Assembly: GCA_026388655.1 (NCBI GenBank)
Contig: JAPLJI010000141.1
Location: 5,890 to 69,889, forward strand
Direction of reading: 5' to 3'
Length of the DNA: 64,000 nt
Source: Pseudomonadota bacterium
Lineage (GTDB): Bacteria; Desulfobacterota; JAPLJL01
Part shown: one piece after another, positions 45,831 through 55,606 of the stretch
Position numbering within the stretch: position 1 is the first letter of the stretch
Layout of the letters: each line of letters starts with the position of its first letter
The notes under the pieces: generated by a model
Seen by the model: the letters and a program-made list of their open reading frames with translations, nothing else
The model's database searches: none
Told to the model about the DNA's origin: nothing
Program-made: the position numbers and the translations under genes

Positions 45831-46683
45831 AAATCGGATCCTGGAACTGGACGGGGTTCCCCTGATAATGGGGATTCTGAATGTCACCCCGGATTCTTTC
45901 TACGACGGGGGCCGTTATTTCGACCGGTCCCGGGCGGAGGAGAGGGCCTTCCGGCTGGTGGAGGAGGGCGCGGACCTTCTGGATATCGGGGGAGAATCAA
46001 CCCGTCCCGGTTCGGATTCAGTCACTCCGGAGGAAGAAATCCGCCGGGTGGTTCCGCTGATTGAATTTCTGGCCGGGAGGATACCCATCCCGATTTCCAT
46101 TGATACTTACAAGGCCGAGGTCGCCCGGGTTTCCCTGCAGGCCGGGGCGGAGATGATCAACGACATCAGCGGGTTGACCTTTGACCCGGACCTGGTCTCG
46201 GTGGTGGCGGAGTCGGGTGTACCGGTGGTTCTGATGCATACCCTCGGGCGGCCCCAGGTGATGCAGGAAAACCCGGTTTATCGGGATTTAATTGCGGAAA
46301 TCAAGGAATTCCTGGCTGGGGCGATTCAAAAAGCCGAGAGGAGCGGGGTCAGGCCGGAAAATATTATTATCGATCCCGGTATCGGTTTCGGAAAAACGAT
46401 GGAACATAATCTGGAGATCATTAACCGCCTGGCGGATTTCCAGGCCCTGGGCAAGCCGGTGATGGTGGGTCCTTCCCGGAAGTCTTTTGTCGGCAAGATC
46501 TTGGACGAGCCGGTTGACGAGCGGCTGGAGGGCACCCTGGCGGCGGTGGCGATTGCCGCCTGGAATGGGGCGGAAATTATCCGGGTGCACGATGTCCGGG
46601 CGGCCCGGAAAGTGGTCCGGATAGTAACCGCGATAAAAAATGTGAAAAGGGAAAAGCTTGCCCTGAGCGAAGTCGATGGGTAA
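45811..46683 (+). CDS. folP: Dihydropteroate synthase
   Basis: [32 protein letters not shown] and DPGIGFGK. Confidence 0.9.
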   Translation: MKRICFKNRILELDGVPLIMGILNVTPDSFYDGGRYFDRSRAEERAFRLVEEGADLLDIGGESTRPGSDSVTPEEEIRRVVPLIEFLAGRIPIPISIDTYKAEVARVSLQAGAEMINDISGLTFDPDLVSVVAESGVPVVLMHTLGRPQVMQENPVYRDLIAEIKEFLAGAIQKAERSGVRPENIIIDPGIGFGKTMEHNLEIINRLADFQALGKPVMVGPSRKSFVGKILDEPVDERLEGTLAAVAIAAWNGAEIIRVHDVRAARKVVRIVTAIKNVKREKLALSEVDG

Positions 46684-46844
46684 AAAGTGAGATAGGGTAA
46701 AAAGAAAAAGATATTTATTAAACGTGAAAAACAAGAAGTGAAAAGGAAATAAAAAAGCTTGGAAATATTTTAATCGGGGTTTAAAATAATAACAGCTTTT
46801 GAGGGGATTATTTAATATTTTTCATCTTTCACTTTTAACTGGTT

Positions 46845-47609
46845 ATGCCGGATTTCTTTCACGGTTTTAATTGGCTCCGGGATGTTATTGACATCCTGAT
46901 CGTGGCCTATGTGATCTACCGGATGATCCTCCTCATCCGGGGCACCCGGGCCGCGCAGATGCTGATCGGCCTCGCGGTGGTCGTCGGCGCTTTTATCATT
47001 TCCCAGCGTTTGGAACTCATTACTCTGAGCTGGATCCTGGATAACCTGCTCAGCTCGATTGTCCTGATCATCATCGTGATTTTCCAGCATGACATCCGGC
47101 GCGCCCTCTCCCAATTCGGGCGAAACCCGTTCTGGGGGAGGAAGGCCGGTTCCCTGGAGGCCGCCCTGGTGGAGGAACTGGTAAAAGCCGGTGTTTCCCT
47201 GGCCAACAAACGCATCGGGGCCTTGATTGTCCTGGGTCGGAAAACAGGCCTGAATGATTATCTGGAGAGCGGGGTGCAGATAGATGCCCAGGTGGTCAAG
47301 GAGCTGATCATCAGCATTTTCCTGCCCTATTCACCGATTCATGACGGGGCGGTCATTATTCAGGAGGGCCGGATCGTGGCCGCCGGTTGTTTTCTCCCCC
47401 TCACGGTTAATCCCAACGTCAGCAAGGAAATGGGGACCCGGCACCGGGCGGCCATCGGTTTGAGCGAAGAGACCGATGCCCTGGTGATTGTGGTCTCCGA
47501 GGAGTCCGGCCGGATTTCTCTGGCGATCGAGGGAGCTATCATCACCAATCTGGATGGGCCTTCCCTGCGGGAAAAACTCTACCAGGAGTTTGTCAACCCG
47601 CAAAAATAA
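46845..47609 (+). CDS. cdaA: Diadenylate cyclase CdaA (membrane-anchored DAC domain)
   Basis: Three N-terminal TM helices, DAC motifs IHDGAVII and GTRHRAAIGLSEETDALVIVVSEE, and the conserved ftsH-folP-cdaA neighbourhood. Confidence 0.85.
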   Translation: MPDFFHGFNWLRDVIDILIVAYVIYRMILLIRGTRAAQMLIGLAVVVGAFIISQRLELITLSWILDNLLSSIVLIIIVIFQHDIRRALSQFGRNPFWGRKAGSLEAALVEELVKAGVSLANKRIGALIVLGRKTGLNDYLESGVQIDAQVVKELIISIFLPYSPIHDGAVIIQEGRIVAAGCFLPLTVNPNVSKEMGTRHRAAIGLSEETDALVIVVSEESGRISLAIEGAIITNLDGPSLREKLYQEFVNPQK

Positions 47610-47869
47610 CCAGCCCTTCAACTTTACCCGTTCAATTCCCGGGGTCCGCTCAAAGTTGAGAGGGCGGGATTCTGGCGTTATCGAAGTATTACGAACGGCC
47701 TTTGGGGGCGCAGCCTCCGCCCCCGCGAATGTTTTCTGACGCTTTCTTTAACATCTTAATATTTGACAATAATATTATTATTTATGATCATATTTTAAGC
47801 TAATTTGCCGGAGGGGTTTGTTTTTCTTGACCTTATATTTTTTTCGCACGGGCGAAGGAGACCGCCGAT

Positions 47870-49390
47870 TTGTCAACGCAATTAGGCAAAATCCTGGTTG
47901 TTGATGACGACCCAAGCATCCGGGAAACCCTGGAAGCAGTGCTGGCCGGCCATTATCCCGTTCTCACCGCCCCAGACGGGGAGACCGCTTTATCCCTGGT
48001 TGAAGATGAAGACGTTCGGATTGTCCTTCTGGATATTCTTATGCCCGGGATTGATGGGATTGAGGTTTTACGGAGGATAAAAGCGAGATTCGATGATGTG
48101 GATGTGGTGATGGTGACCATGGTGCGGGAGGTGGAAAAAGCCGTCGCCGCGATGAAACTGGGAGCCTACGACTATATCACCAAGGAAATCAATTACGATG
48201 AGGTTCTGAACCTGGTTAACCGCATTTATGAAAAACAGGAGCAAGCCCGCCAGATTCGTTATCTCACCTGTGAAATCGAATCGGTGATCCCTCAGGATAT
48301 TATCATTGGAGAGAACCCGAAGATGCAGGCGATTTATGATGTGGTTAAACGGGTCTCTTCCCTGCCGGCGACCGTCCTTTTAATGGGGGAAAGCGGCACC
48401 GGCAAGGATCTGATCGCGCGCATGATCCATAAAAACAGCGACCGGTCCGAGGCCCCTTTCGTAACGGTCAACCTGGCTTCCATTCCCAAGGACCTGCTGG
48501 AGAGCACGCTTTTCGGTCATGAAAAGGGCGCTTTCACCGGCGCGCACAAGATGCATTTCGGCAAATTCGAGCTGGCCAACGGGGGCACGATTTTTCTGGA
48601 TGAAATCGGCGATCTGCCCTTCGATCTCCAGGCTAAACTGCTCCGGGTGATCCAATCCGGCGAGATCGAGAGAGTAGGGGGGAGTAAAACCATCCGGATA
48701 GACACCCGGATCATCGCGGCCACCAATCTGGATTTGAAGAAGGCGGTGGAGGCGGGTAAGTTCCGCGAGGATCTTTATTACCGGCTCAACGTCATTCCCA
48801 TCACGCTACCCCCCTTGCGGGAACGATTGGAGGACATTCCGGAACTCGTAAATCTTTTTATCGAAAGGTACAACCGTCGTTTTCGCAAATCGGTGCGGGG
48901 GGTGGCTGCGGAAGTAATCAGACTCTTCTCCCGTTATAACTGGCCCGGGAATATCCGGGAGCTCGAGAATGTAATCGAGCGGATGGTGGCGATAGTACCC
49001 CGGGAGGTTATTACCATCGAGGATCTGCCGATGGAATTCTGCTTTGAGAGTTTTCAGGATTATTCCGCCGAGGCCGGAACCGCCCCCCGCCGGCATCGCT
49101 TCAATACCCTCCGAAAAGCCAAGGAGGCTTTTGAAAGCCAGTATATTCTCCGGGTTTTGGAGAGATGCCGCTGGAACCAGACGGAAACCGCCCGGGAATT
49201 GAACATTAACCTCAGCAGCCTGAAATACCGCATGCGTCGCCTGGGGTTGGAAAAAGCGTCCAAGCCTCACACCACTCGGGGTCGGCCCCTGAAGTATTAT
49301 CGCCACCCGGTAACCGTCCACCGGGTTTTACACGCGAGAAAGAGACGAAAATCATTGGTCCTGCCCGCCGAAGAGGAAAAAAAAGAGTAG
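47870..49390 (+). CDS. NtrC-type sigma-54-dependent response regulator (REC + AAA+ + Fis-type HTH), TTG start
   Basis: ILVVDDDPSIRE, VLLDILMPGIDG, GESGTGKDLIA, the GAFTGA loop (EKGAFTGA), FLDEIGDL and C-terminal NQTETARELNINLSSLKYRMRRLG. Confidence 0.85.
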   Translation: MSTQLGKILVVDDDPSIRETLEAVLAGHYPVLTAPDGETALSLVEDEDVRIVLLDILMPGIDGIEVLRRIKARFDDVDVVMVTMVREVEKAVAAMKLGAYDYITKEINYDEVLNLVNRIYEKQEQARQIRYLTCEIESVIPQDIIIGENPKMQAIYDVVKRVSSLPATVLLMGESGTGKDLIARMIHKNSDRSEAPFVTVNLASIPKDLLESTLFGHEKGAFTGAHKMHFGKFELANGGTIFLDEIGDLPFDLQAKLLRVIQSGEIERVGGSKTIRIDTRIIAATNLDLKKAVEAGKFREDLYYRLNVIPITLPPLRERLEDIPELVNLFIERYNRRFRKSVRGVAAEVIRLFSRYNWPGNIRELENVIERMVAIVPREVITIEDLPMEFCFESFQDYSAEAGTAPRRHRFNTLRKAKEAFESQYILRVLERCRWNQTETARELNINLSSLKYRMRRLGLEKASKPHTTRGRPLKYYRHPVTVHRVLHARKRRKSLVLPAEEEKKE

Positions 49391-49402
49391 GAAACAATCT
49401 CC

Positions 49403-51439
49403 ATGAGGGCAGAGAGGATATTCGCCGGCTACTTTTTCCCAATATTGTTTTTACTGGTTTTAATATTCCCGGTTCGGATTTTCGGCCAGGATAGTTCCGA
49501 TCAGCCGGTCCAACTCACGCCGGTCGAGATTACTTCCACCCGGATTCCCGGTCCGGTGGACGAAGCCACCGATTCGATAACTATCATTAATACGAGGGAG
49601 GTCCGAGCCGATTCCGCTCCTTTAATTTCAGAACAGCTCCGGATGGTTTCGGGGGTGGGGGTACAAACCTCCGGGTCCGTGGGCGAGCAGACGGAGATCC
49701 GGATTCGCGGGAGCGAAAATAATCAAAGCCTGATCCTTTTCGACGGGGTGAGATTGAATTCGCCCTATACCCGGGCCGCCGACCTGGGGGATTTCTTCGT
49801 GGCCGGTTTGGATCGGATCGAGATCGTCCGGGGGGCTTATAGTTCGCTTTACGGGAGCGACGCCATCGGCGGGGTGATCAATCTGATTCCTTATCCCGGC
49901 CGCTCCCTCCTGCATGGAATCAGGAAGGAAAAGGGAATTTCCGCCTGGGCCGAGGGCGGTAGTTTTTCCACTTCTAAGGAACGGGCGGAATTCACCGCCG
50001 CGGGGGAAGAAAGCGCTTTTTCGCTGGCATTGGCCCGGGTGGACAGCGGGGGCCGGAATGCCCGGGACGGTTTTGCCGGTAACCTGGCCACGGGCAAGTT
50101 TCAGGTCCTGATCCCCGGAGGGGTGGAGGTGGGAATCTCCGCCCTTTTCTCCCAGTCGAAAAAGGAGCTTTATCTGGATACCCCTATTTCTTTGTATATT
50201 CAGAACGAGGTGTTGACCCAGGTGAAAGATTCCAATTACTCGGAAGAGAGAGAAACCCTGCTGACGGCGGTTTCTCTCCGGAAGTCGCTTTTTCTGAACG
50301 GAGAATTACAAATCCATGGTTCGGTCCTGCGCGGTGAAGATGATTTGATGAATCCTTCCGATCCCGGATGGACGGATTACCACGCCTCCTGGACGAACGC
50401 GATGAGAAGAGGCGCGGGAATCCAGATGTATTTGACCCCGGTCGAAATGAATTCCGTCCTTTTGGGTACGGAGTACTCCGAAGAAAACGCCATACAGACT
50501 ATGGAAACCAACCTGCCTCTGGCTGGGCAGGGTGATCCGCTATGGTTGAAAATAGACGGTAAACGGATCGAAAGGACGTTTTTTCTTGAGGATCGGTTGA
50601 AGATGATGGGTTTCTTCTATCTGAACGCGGGACTTCGGATGGATTTCAGCTCGGATCGACCCGATTCCGAACCTTTTATCTCCCCCCGCGGTTCGGCGGC
50701 TTTCAAACTGGATAGGTTAGGGACTAAGATCCGGGGAGGTTTTGGGAGGGGTTACCGCAACCCCTCAATTGATGAAAGATTCTTCCCCATAAAGGGGAAT
50801 CCGGAACTCAAGCCGGAAGAAGCCTGGAGCTACGACGCCGGTTTGGAGCAGGAGTTTAAAGAATACGGAATAAAATTTGACCTGACCGGATTCTGGATCA
50901 GATATGAGAATTTGATCGGATTGGTTCCGGATTCTTTCCAGCTGCAGAATTCCGACCTGGCCAAGTCCGATGGTTTGGAGACCAGTTTGGTTTTTCAGCC
51001 GGACAAGCGTATTAAAATAAGATTCGGCTACACCTTTAACCAGATGCGAAAAAGAACTTATGAATTTGATGAAGTTAGCGGACAACCGATGGAGAAGTGG
51101 GTGAACTTTTTCTGGAGACCCGAGCATAGCTTCAGCGGGACGCTGAGCGTTTTGCCGATGGAAAAATTGTATGTCGGACTTTCCTGGGAAAATCGGGGGA
51201 GGTTTGACGAACCTTATGATATTCTCAATCCCGGAGGGACATTGCTGAAGGGGAATAATCCGGGGTTCAACCGGCTCAACCTTTTCTCCGAATATACGGT
51301 TCCGTATTCGCTCCAACCGATGGAAAGCCTGTCGGTGTTTTTCCGGGGAGAAAACCTTCTTAACAAGAAGTATTCCGAGGTTAAAGGTTTCCCTCTTCCC
51401 GGGATTTCTTTTTACGGCGGCATAAATTTAAAGATTTAA
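49403..51439 (+). CDS. TonB-dependent receptor (substrate unknown)
   Basis: Signal peptide, TonB-box-like QLTPVEITSTR, plug motifs (IRIRGSENNQSLILFDGVRLNS, IEIVRGAYSSLYGSDAIGGVINLI) and a C-terminal barrel ending GGINLKI. It starts 12 nt after the activator gene. Confidence 0.8.
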   Translation: MRAERIFAGYFFPILFLLVLIFPVRIFGQDSSDQPVQLTPVEITSTRIPGPVDEATDSITIINTREVRADSAPLISEQLRMVSGVGVQTSGSVGEQTEIRIRGSENNQSLILFDGVRLNSPYTRAADLGDFFVAGLDRIEIVRGAYSSLYGSDAIGGVINLIPYPGRSLLHGIRKEKGISAWAEGGSFSTSKERAEFTAAGEESAFSLALARVDSGGRNARDGFAGNLATGKFQVLIPGGVEVGISALFSQSKKELYLDTPISLYIQNEVLTQVKDSNYSEERETLLTAVSLRKSLFLNGELQIHGSVLRGEDDLMNPSDPGWTDYHASWTNAMRRGAGIQMYLTPVEMNSVLLGTEYSEENAIQTMETNLPLAGQGDPLWLKIDGKRIERTFFLEDRLKMMGFFYLNAGLRMDFSSDRPDSEPFISPRGSAAFKLDRLGTKIRGGFGRGYRNPSIDERFFPIKGNPELKPEEAWSYDAGLEQEFKEYGIKFDLTGFWIRYENLIGLVPDSFQLQNSDLAKSDGLETSLVFQPDKRIKIRFGYTFNQMRKRTYEFDEVSGQPMEKWVNFFWRPEHSFSGTLSVLPMEKLYVGLSWENRGRFDEPYDILNPGGTLLKGNNPGFNRLNLFSEYTVPYSLQPMESLSVFFRGENLLNKKYSEVKGFPLPGISFYGGINLKI

Positions 51440-51458
51440 GGTCTTTTGTATTTAATTT

Positions 51459-51513
51459 GTAGTTTGCCGATTTATCGGCTTAATTAAAACCGCCCAATAA
51501 ATTGGGCAACTAC
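51459..51513. repeat. REP2 element
   Basis: gtagtttgccgatttatcggcttaattaaaaccgcccaataaattgggcaactac. Confidence 0.8.
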
Positions 51514-51651
51514 CCTGAACTCGATTCCAACTTTTTTAAGAATGAACCAAATTTAATTTTTAGATTGAGAACTTTTTTTAATTTACCGGGTCAAAATAGA
51601 TAGAGAATGGGTAATTAGAAATCATCGCCCATCCTTTTTACCTCCTTGTGA

Positions 51652-51680
51652 ATCCCGGGATCAGACCCGGGATTTTTTTT
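51652..51680 (+). terminator. Intrinsic terminator downstream of the TonB-dependent receptor gene
   Basis: atcccggg-atcaga-cccgggat followed by T8. Confidence 0.65.
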
Positions 51681-52004
51681 GCCTAATTAACCGCCTTTTT
51701 CTGGCTAATTATATTTTTCCTTTGATTTCGATTAGTTACGCAAGTATTCAGTTAATATCCATGAAAAAATATCGTTAATTTGTTTAATTAAGAATATTTT
51801 AAGTTTATTTAGGATCATATCTTTTTTCCATTCTGCCGATTTTATCCAAAGCAATCATGAGTTTTTTTCTTATTGCGTATTTGCTCGCAAACATTAAATA
51901 GTTGTGATTTTTTAATATCTTACGTGAAGCAGGAAAAAAGATCGGGGTATAAAAAAGATTGATATTCGAAACAATCCGTAGTGGGAACGTGGTCTTCCAC
52001 CTCT

Positions 52005-52019
52005 TGGTATTGATATTGC
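52005..52019 (+). promoter_or_regulatory. Sigma-54 (-24/-12) promoter candidate TGGTAT-N5-TTGC, 29 nt upstream of the radical SAM start codon
   Basis: tGGtattgatatTGCt with the GG and GC at the canonical 11-nt register. It lies at the end of a 370-nt AT-rich non-coding region, with an NtrC-type activator encoded 2.6 kb upstream. Confidence 0.55.
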
Positions 52020-52047
52020 TTATGTATTCTTACAGGGTTCAACATTT

Positions 52048-53355
52048 ATGGTTCCGTCTAAATTCAATATCATTATTCCGAGCGAGGCTGGAGATTTTAA
52101 ATATACCCTTTATAACACCTTCAGCGACAGCCAGGCCCAGATTGGATCGGATGTCCTGGCGCTTCTCGAACCCGGACATAAAATCGCGGCGAAAAAGAGA
52201 GAAAAACTCCTGGTAAAATACGCCGGGAGTTTAAAAGAGCTGGGATTCCTGGTCGAGAACAGGAAGAATGAAGATAAGGCGGTTAAGGATTGGTTTTATC
52301 AAAAACAAATCAATCAAGAGGAATTGCAAATAACGGTTTTGCCGACCTATAGATGCAATCTGGCCTGTGTATATTGTTTCCAATCTCATATAGACACATC
52401 CGAAAAAAATAAAAATATCAGCAAAAAAACCATCCTACGCCTGGTCAAATGGGCCGGGGAGAGGATGGATTCGATCCATCCCAGAAAGCTTCAACTTTTA
52501 TTTTATGGAGGGGAACCGCTTTGCCGGGAGCGGGACGTCCTGGCTATTTCCACCCTGGTTTCCAACGAAGCCAAGAAAAGGTCAATCGGCCTTTCTATCC
52601 AGATGATCACCAATGGGACCCTTCTCCAAGCCGGTTTTATAAATTCAATGGTTCCGTTGGGGCTGGAATGCGTAAAGATAACAATTGACGGTACTAAAGA
52701 TAAGCATAATCAGCTCAGGATCGGGAAAAAAAGTAAAAGAACATTTGATATTATCATTGGTAATTTATTGAAAACAAAAGATAAATTAAAATTCATCATT
52801 GGCTCGAATTATAACCTCGAAAATTTCAACAGCATTCCAAAATTATACGATCATTTAATCGGTATAGGTTTGCGGAAATCGATTTCGCGGGTGAATTTCA
52901 GGCCCATTTTCCAAGGTGGCACCCGCTACAACTGCGATGTCTGTTCGTTTTCGGAGTCGGACCCATCCACCCAACTCTGGCTTTATGAAGAGGCCCGGAA
53001 AAGAGGGTTGGAAACGATGGATTTACTGTCGTTAGGACCTTGCGGATTTCATAAACGCGACGCGTATACGATTGATCCCGAGGGGAAGGTTTACAAATGC
53101 GAGGGCTTGATCGGGATGGAAGGGGCCGAGTTGGGGGATCTTTATACCGGCGACATTGAGGAAAAATCCGAGAGCTTTATCGCCAGGTTCGACTTATTCG
53201 GGAATTGCGGCGAGTGCGGATACCTTCCGATCTGCGGCGGCGGCTGCCGGTATTGGGCTTATGTAAAAACCGGGGATTTTTTCGGGACGGCCTGCGAAAA
53301 GAAATACTTCGATTTCGTGTCAAAGGAAATCATCCCGGGAAGGGCGATGGCTTAA
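52048..53355 (+). CDS. Radical SAM / SPASM-domain enzyme with a 100-aa N-terminal extension (RRE-like), i.e. a peptide-maturase-type architecture
   Basis: CNLACVYC (Cys103/107/110), GGEPL, and C-terminal SPASM cysteines (CGFHKRDAYTIDPEGKVYKC ... CGECGYLPICGGGCRYWAY). Confidence 0.8.
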   Translation: MVPSKFNIIIPSEAGDFKYTLYNTFSDSQAQIGSDVLALLEPGHKIAAKKREKLLVKYAGSLKELGFLVENRKNEDKAVKDWFYQKQINQEELQITVLPTYRCNLACVYCFQSHIDTSEKNKNISKKTILRLVKWAGERMDSIHPRKLQLLFYGGEPLCRERDVLAISTLVSNEAKKRSIGLSIQMITNGTLLQAGFINSMVPLGLECVKITIDGTKDKHNQLRIGKKSKRTFDIIIGNLLKTKDKLKFIIGSNYNLENFNSIPKLYDHLIGIGLRKSISRVNFRPIFQGGTRYNCDVCSFSESDPSTQLWLYEEARKRGLETMDLLSLGPCGFHKRDAYTIDPEGKVYKCEGLIGMEGAELGDLYTGDIEEKSESFIARFDLFGNCGECGYLPICGGGCRYWAYVKTGDFFGTACEKKYFDFVSKEIIPGRAMA

Positions 53356-53381
53356 TGAGGGTATACAACGGATACCAGAGC

Positions 53382-53435
53382 GCAGTTGCCCGATTTGACG
53401 GGCACATAACGATTGCCGATAAATCGGCGGACTAC
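53382..53435. repeat. REP2 element (inverse orientation), with a partial copy at about 53469-53490
   Basis: gcagttgcccgatttgacgggcacataacgattgccgataaatcggcggactac. Confidence 0.75.
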
Positions 53436-53542
53436 ATAATTCCCCGGGGATTGGGGATTAATAACCGCGTAGTTGTCCGATTTATTTATCCCGAAAAACG
53501 AGGGATCGGGCCGAATTGGGACGGTTTTTTCCAAACCATCGG

Positions 53543-53567
53543 GAGCCGCTTCAGCGGCTCTTTTTTT
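53543..53567 (+). terminator. Intrinsic terminator 190 nt downstream of the radical SAM gene
   Basis: GAGCCGC-ttca-GCGGCTC followed by T7. Confidence 0.7.
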
Positions 53568-53669
53568 GGGGTAAAGGAGCCCCTTCCTGGCCGGATTTGC
53601 CCGGGCTCGGGCAGGCTGAGGGCTTCTTTCTCGGGTTATGAAAATCATTAAGAAAGGAGGTGAAGACGA

Positions 53670-53744
53670 ATGAAGATTATCCGAAAAGGAAACCGGCGGA
53701 GTAACCCAGGCACCAATCGTTGCGTGTGGGTAATTATGCAGTGA
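53670..53744 (+). CDS. 24-codon ORF with a perfect Shine-Dalgarno: candidate precursor or signal peptide MKIIRKGNRRSNPGTNRCVWVIMQ
   Basis: AAGGAGGTGA (10-nt match to the anti-SD) ends 7 nt before the ATG, the strongest RBS seen in the window. It lies between the radical SAM/SPASM gene and a peptide-binding SBP gene. A 9-bp-stem hairpin follows at 53777-53808. There is no homology evidence. Confidence 0.35.
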   Translation: MKIIRKGNRRSNPGTNRCVWVIMQ

Positions 53745-53862
53745 TAATGATAGGAAAAAGCAGGGATTGAAAGATTCGGTTTGAATTTCAAATCTGGTTT
53801 TCAAACCGGAAGAAAAATGATAAATTTGATAGGCGAATTGTAGTTCGCCTTATTTTTATCTG

Positions 53863-55470
53863 ATGAATATTTCCCCCAGAAAGATAATAGCATCGATAAT
53901 TTTATCACTGCTTTTAATTTCATCCTGCCATCGGAAAAGTGATCATGAAAAAAAGGATTATGGAGATTGGGTATATTTCGGCGTTTATGACAAATTGACC
54001 GGAATAGATCCGCTCAAGGATGTTTCCACTCTATCTTCCATACTTTCCGATGTTATTTTTAACGGGTTGGTGGGGATTGATGAAAATGGGGAGATTGTTC
54101 CAGATCTGGCTAAAGGTTGGGAATGGTCGGAGGATAAGAAAAGTATTAATTTTTATTTGAAAGAAGGAATAAAATTTCACGATGGGTTTGTTTATGATGC
54201 AAGTGATGTAGATTTTACCTTCCGGCAAATCCTAGCCCCGTCATATTCTGGAAGCGGTAACTATGATTTGACCATGGTTGAGAATGTTAAGGTATTGGAT
54301 AATCAAACCATTTCTTTCGGTCTTAAGGGGATATCAAATCTCTTTCTTTTTAACTCGATAATTCAGATTCTCCCTCGTCATATTTTTGAGAATGATATTG
54401 GCGGCAGGGAGAGATTTTTATGGAACCCAATCGGCACGGGCCCATTTAAAGTGGTACGTTTGTCCGGATCGGAGGCTGTTTTGGAAGCAAATCGAGATTA
54501 CTTTAAGGGAAGGCCTTTTTTAGACGGGATAGTCGTAAAATCCTATAAAAACCAGGACGAGGTTTGGGCGAGACTTTTAACGGAGGAGGTCGATTTTTGT
54601 TTGCCCTTATCCCCGGGCCAGGTTGATTTCATGAAAAACAATACAAATATCAAAATTTATTCATATCTTTCCCCTTATTATTATCTTTTGGCTTTCAACG
54701 GGAAAAATCCATTATTTCAAAGTAGAAAGGTGAGGGTTGCTTTAAATCAGGCAATAGATCGCGATGAGATCATCGAAAAAATCCTGAATAATCACGGGAG
54801 ATTATGCTCAGGCACGGTTTACCCTTATTCATGGGCGTTTGATCCGGAACTTAAACCTTATTCATATGACCCGGCGACCGCCTTAAAAATGATTATGGAA
54901 GAGGGTTGGATAAGGGATAAGAACGGTATTCTTAAGAAGAATGGCAAGCCATTTGAATTTACGGTTTTGATTATCTCGGGAGAAAATCAATCAGAGAATT
55001 TAGTATTGTCAATTGAAAAATATCTTGCCGAAATAGGAATTAAAATTAAGATCCAGCCGGTGACCATGGGTGAACTGAATCGTAAGTATTTGTTTTCTAA
55101 AAAGTTTGAAGCGGCTCTATTCAGTTTTGATTCCGGGATTCATCCGGGATATTTAAATTACCGGATATGGCATTCCTCTCAGATACAAAAAGGTTTGAAT
55201 GTTTTTTCCTATCAAAATGCGGAAGTGGACGAAGATTTGGAACTTGTTCTGCGGGTCGGAGATAGGATCGAAGAAAAGAAATATTATTATAAATTTCAAA
55301 GAGAAATATTCGACGATCCGCCCGGGGTTTTCCTTTTCTGGAAAGAAGAAATGGTTCCGATTCATAAAAGATTTCGAGGAATTAAAGCCGGACCCGAGAA
55401 ATTGTTTGTATCCATTCCGGAATGGTGGGTTCCGAAGAATGAACAAAAATATAAAATCGGTCCAAATTGA
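53863..55470 (+). CDS. Family-5 (OppA/DppA/NikA-type) periplasmic peptide/metallophore-binding lipoprotein, with no cognate permease or ATPase genes nearby
   Basis: Lipobox LLISSC, with family-5 motifs (GIDPLKD, FHDGFVYDASDVDFTF, GTGPFKVV, NRDYFKGRPFLDGIVV, FEFTVLI). The family call is from the motif pattern only. Confidence 0.7.
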   Translation: MNISPRKIIASIILSLLLISSCHRKSDHEKKDYGDWVYFGVYDKLTGIDPLKDVSTLSSILSDVIFNGLVGIDENGEIVPDLAKGWEWSEDKKSINFYLKEGIKFHDGFVYDASDVDFTFRQILAPSYSGSGNYDLTMVENVKVLDNQTISFGLKGISNLFLFNSIIQILPRHIFENDIGGRERFLWNPIGTGPFKVVRLSGSEAVLEANRDYFKGRPFLDGIVVKSYKNQDEVWARLLTEEVDFCLPLSPGQVDFMKNNTNIKIYSYLSPYYYLLAFNGKNPLFQSRKVRVALNQAIDRDEIIEKILNNHGRLCSGTVYPYSWAFDPELKPYSYDPATALKMIMEEGWIRDKNGILKKNGKPFEFTVLIISGENQSENLVLSIEKYLAEIGIKIKIQPVTMGELNRKYLFSKKFEAALFSFDSGIHPGYLNYRIWHSSQIQKGLNVFSYQNAEVDEDLELVLRVGDRIEEKKYYYKFQREIFDDPPGVFLFWKEEMVPIHKRFRGIKAGPEKLFVSIPEWWVPKNEQKYKIGPN

Positions 55471-55582
55471 ACTTGCAATTCCTCGTGGTCTTGCCACGGC
55501 GTTACCTTATTTTCGTCATTCCGCACTTGATGCGGAATCCAGTTATTTTGTTTTTCTGGATTCCTGCTTCCGCAGGAATGAC
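55464..55582. repeat. Composite element: REP3 (ATTGAACTTGCAATTCCTCGTGGTCTTGCCACGGCGTTACC) plus two REP1 hairpins
   Basis: A near-identical composite occurs at 63709-63857. The REP1 copies are gtcattccgcacttgatgcggaatccag and ctggattcctgcttccgcaggaatgac. Confidence 0.75.
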
Positions 55583-55606
55583 AAATAAAATGACATAAAT
55601 ATAAAA

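Noticed and set aside
51618-51650. Minus-strand AAGGAGGT followed 7 nt later by ATG GGC GAT GAT TTC TAA (MGDDF), a 5-codon mini-ORF with a perfect SD in the gap upstream of the radical SAM gene.
   Set aside because: It is too short to evaluate. It lies on the opposite strand to all neighbouring genes and directly abuts the plus-strand terminator stem. It is probably chance, though it could be revisited if minus-strand transcription is seen.
53595-53610. TGGCCGGATTTGC upstream of the 24-codon ORF looked like a third sigma-54 promoter.
   Set aside because: The GG-to-GC spacing is 9 nt instead of the required 11, so it does not fit the -24/-12 geometry.
53355-53651. A 99-codon ORF starting with a TAATG overlap at the radical SAM stop codon (MRVYNGYQSAVARFDGH...), which looks translationally coupled and could be taken for a partner protein or precursor.
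   Set aside because: It is composed largely of a REP2 element and a partial second copy, and it runs straight through a strong intrinsic terminator hairpin. Its composition is not protein-like. The minus-strand ORF 53352-53804 was rejected for the same reason.
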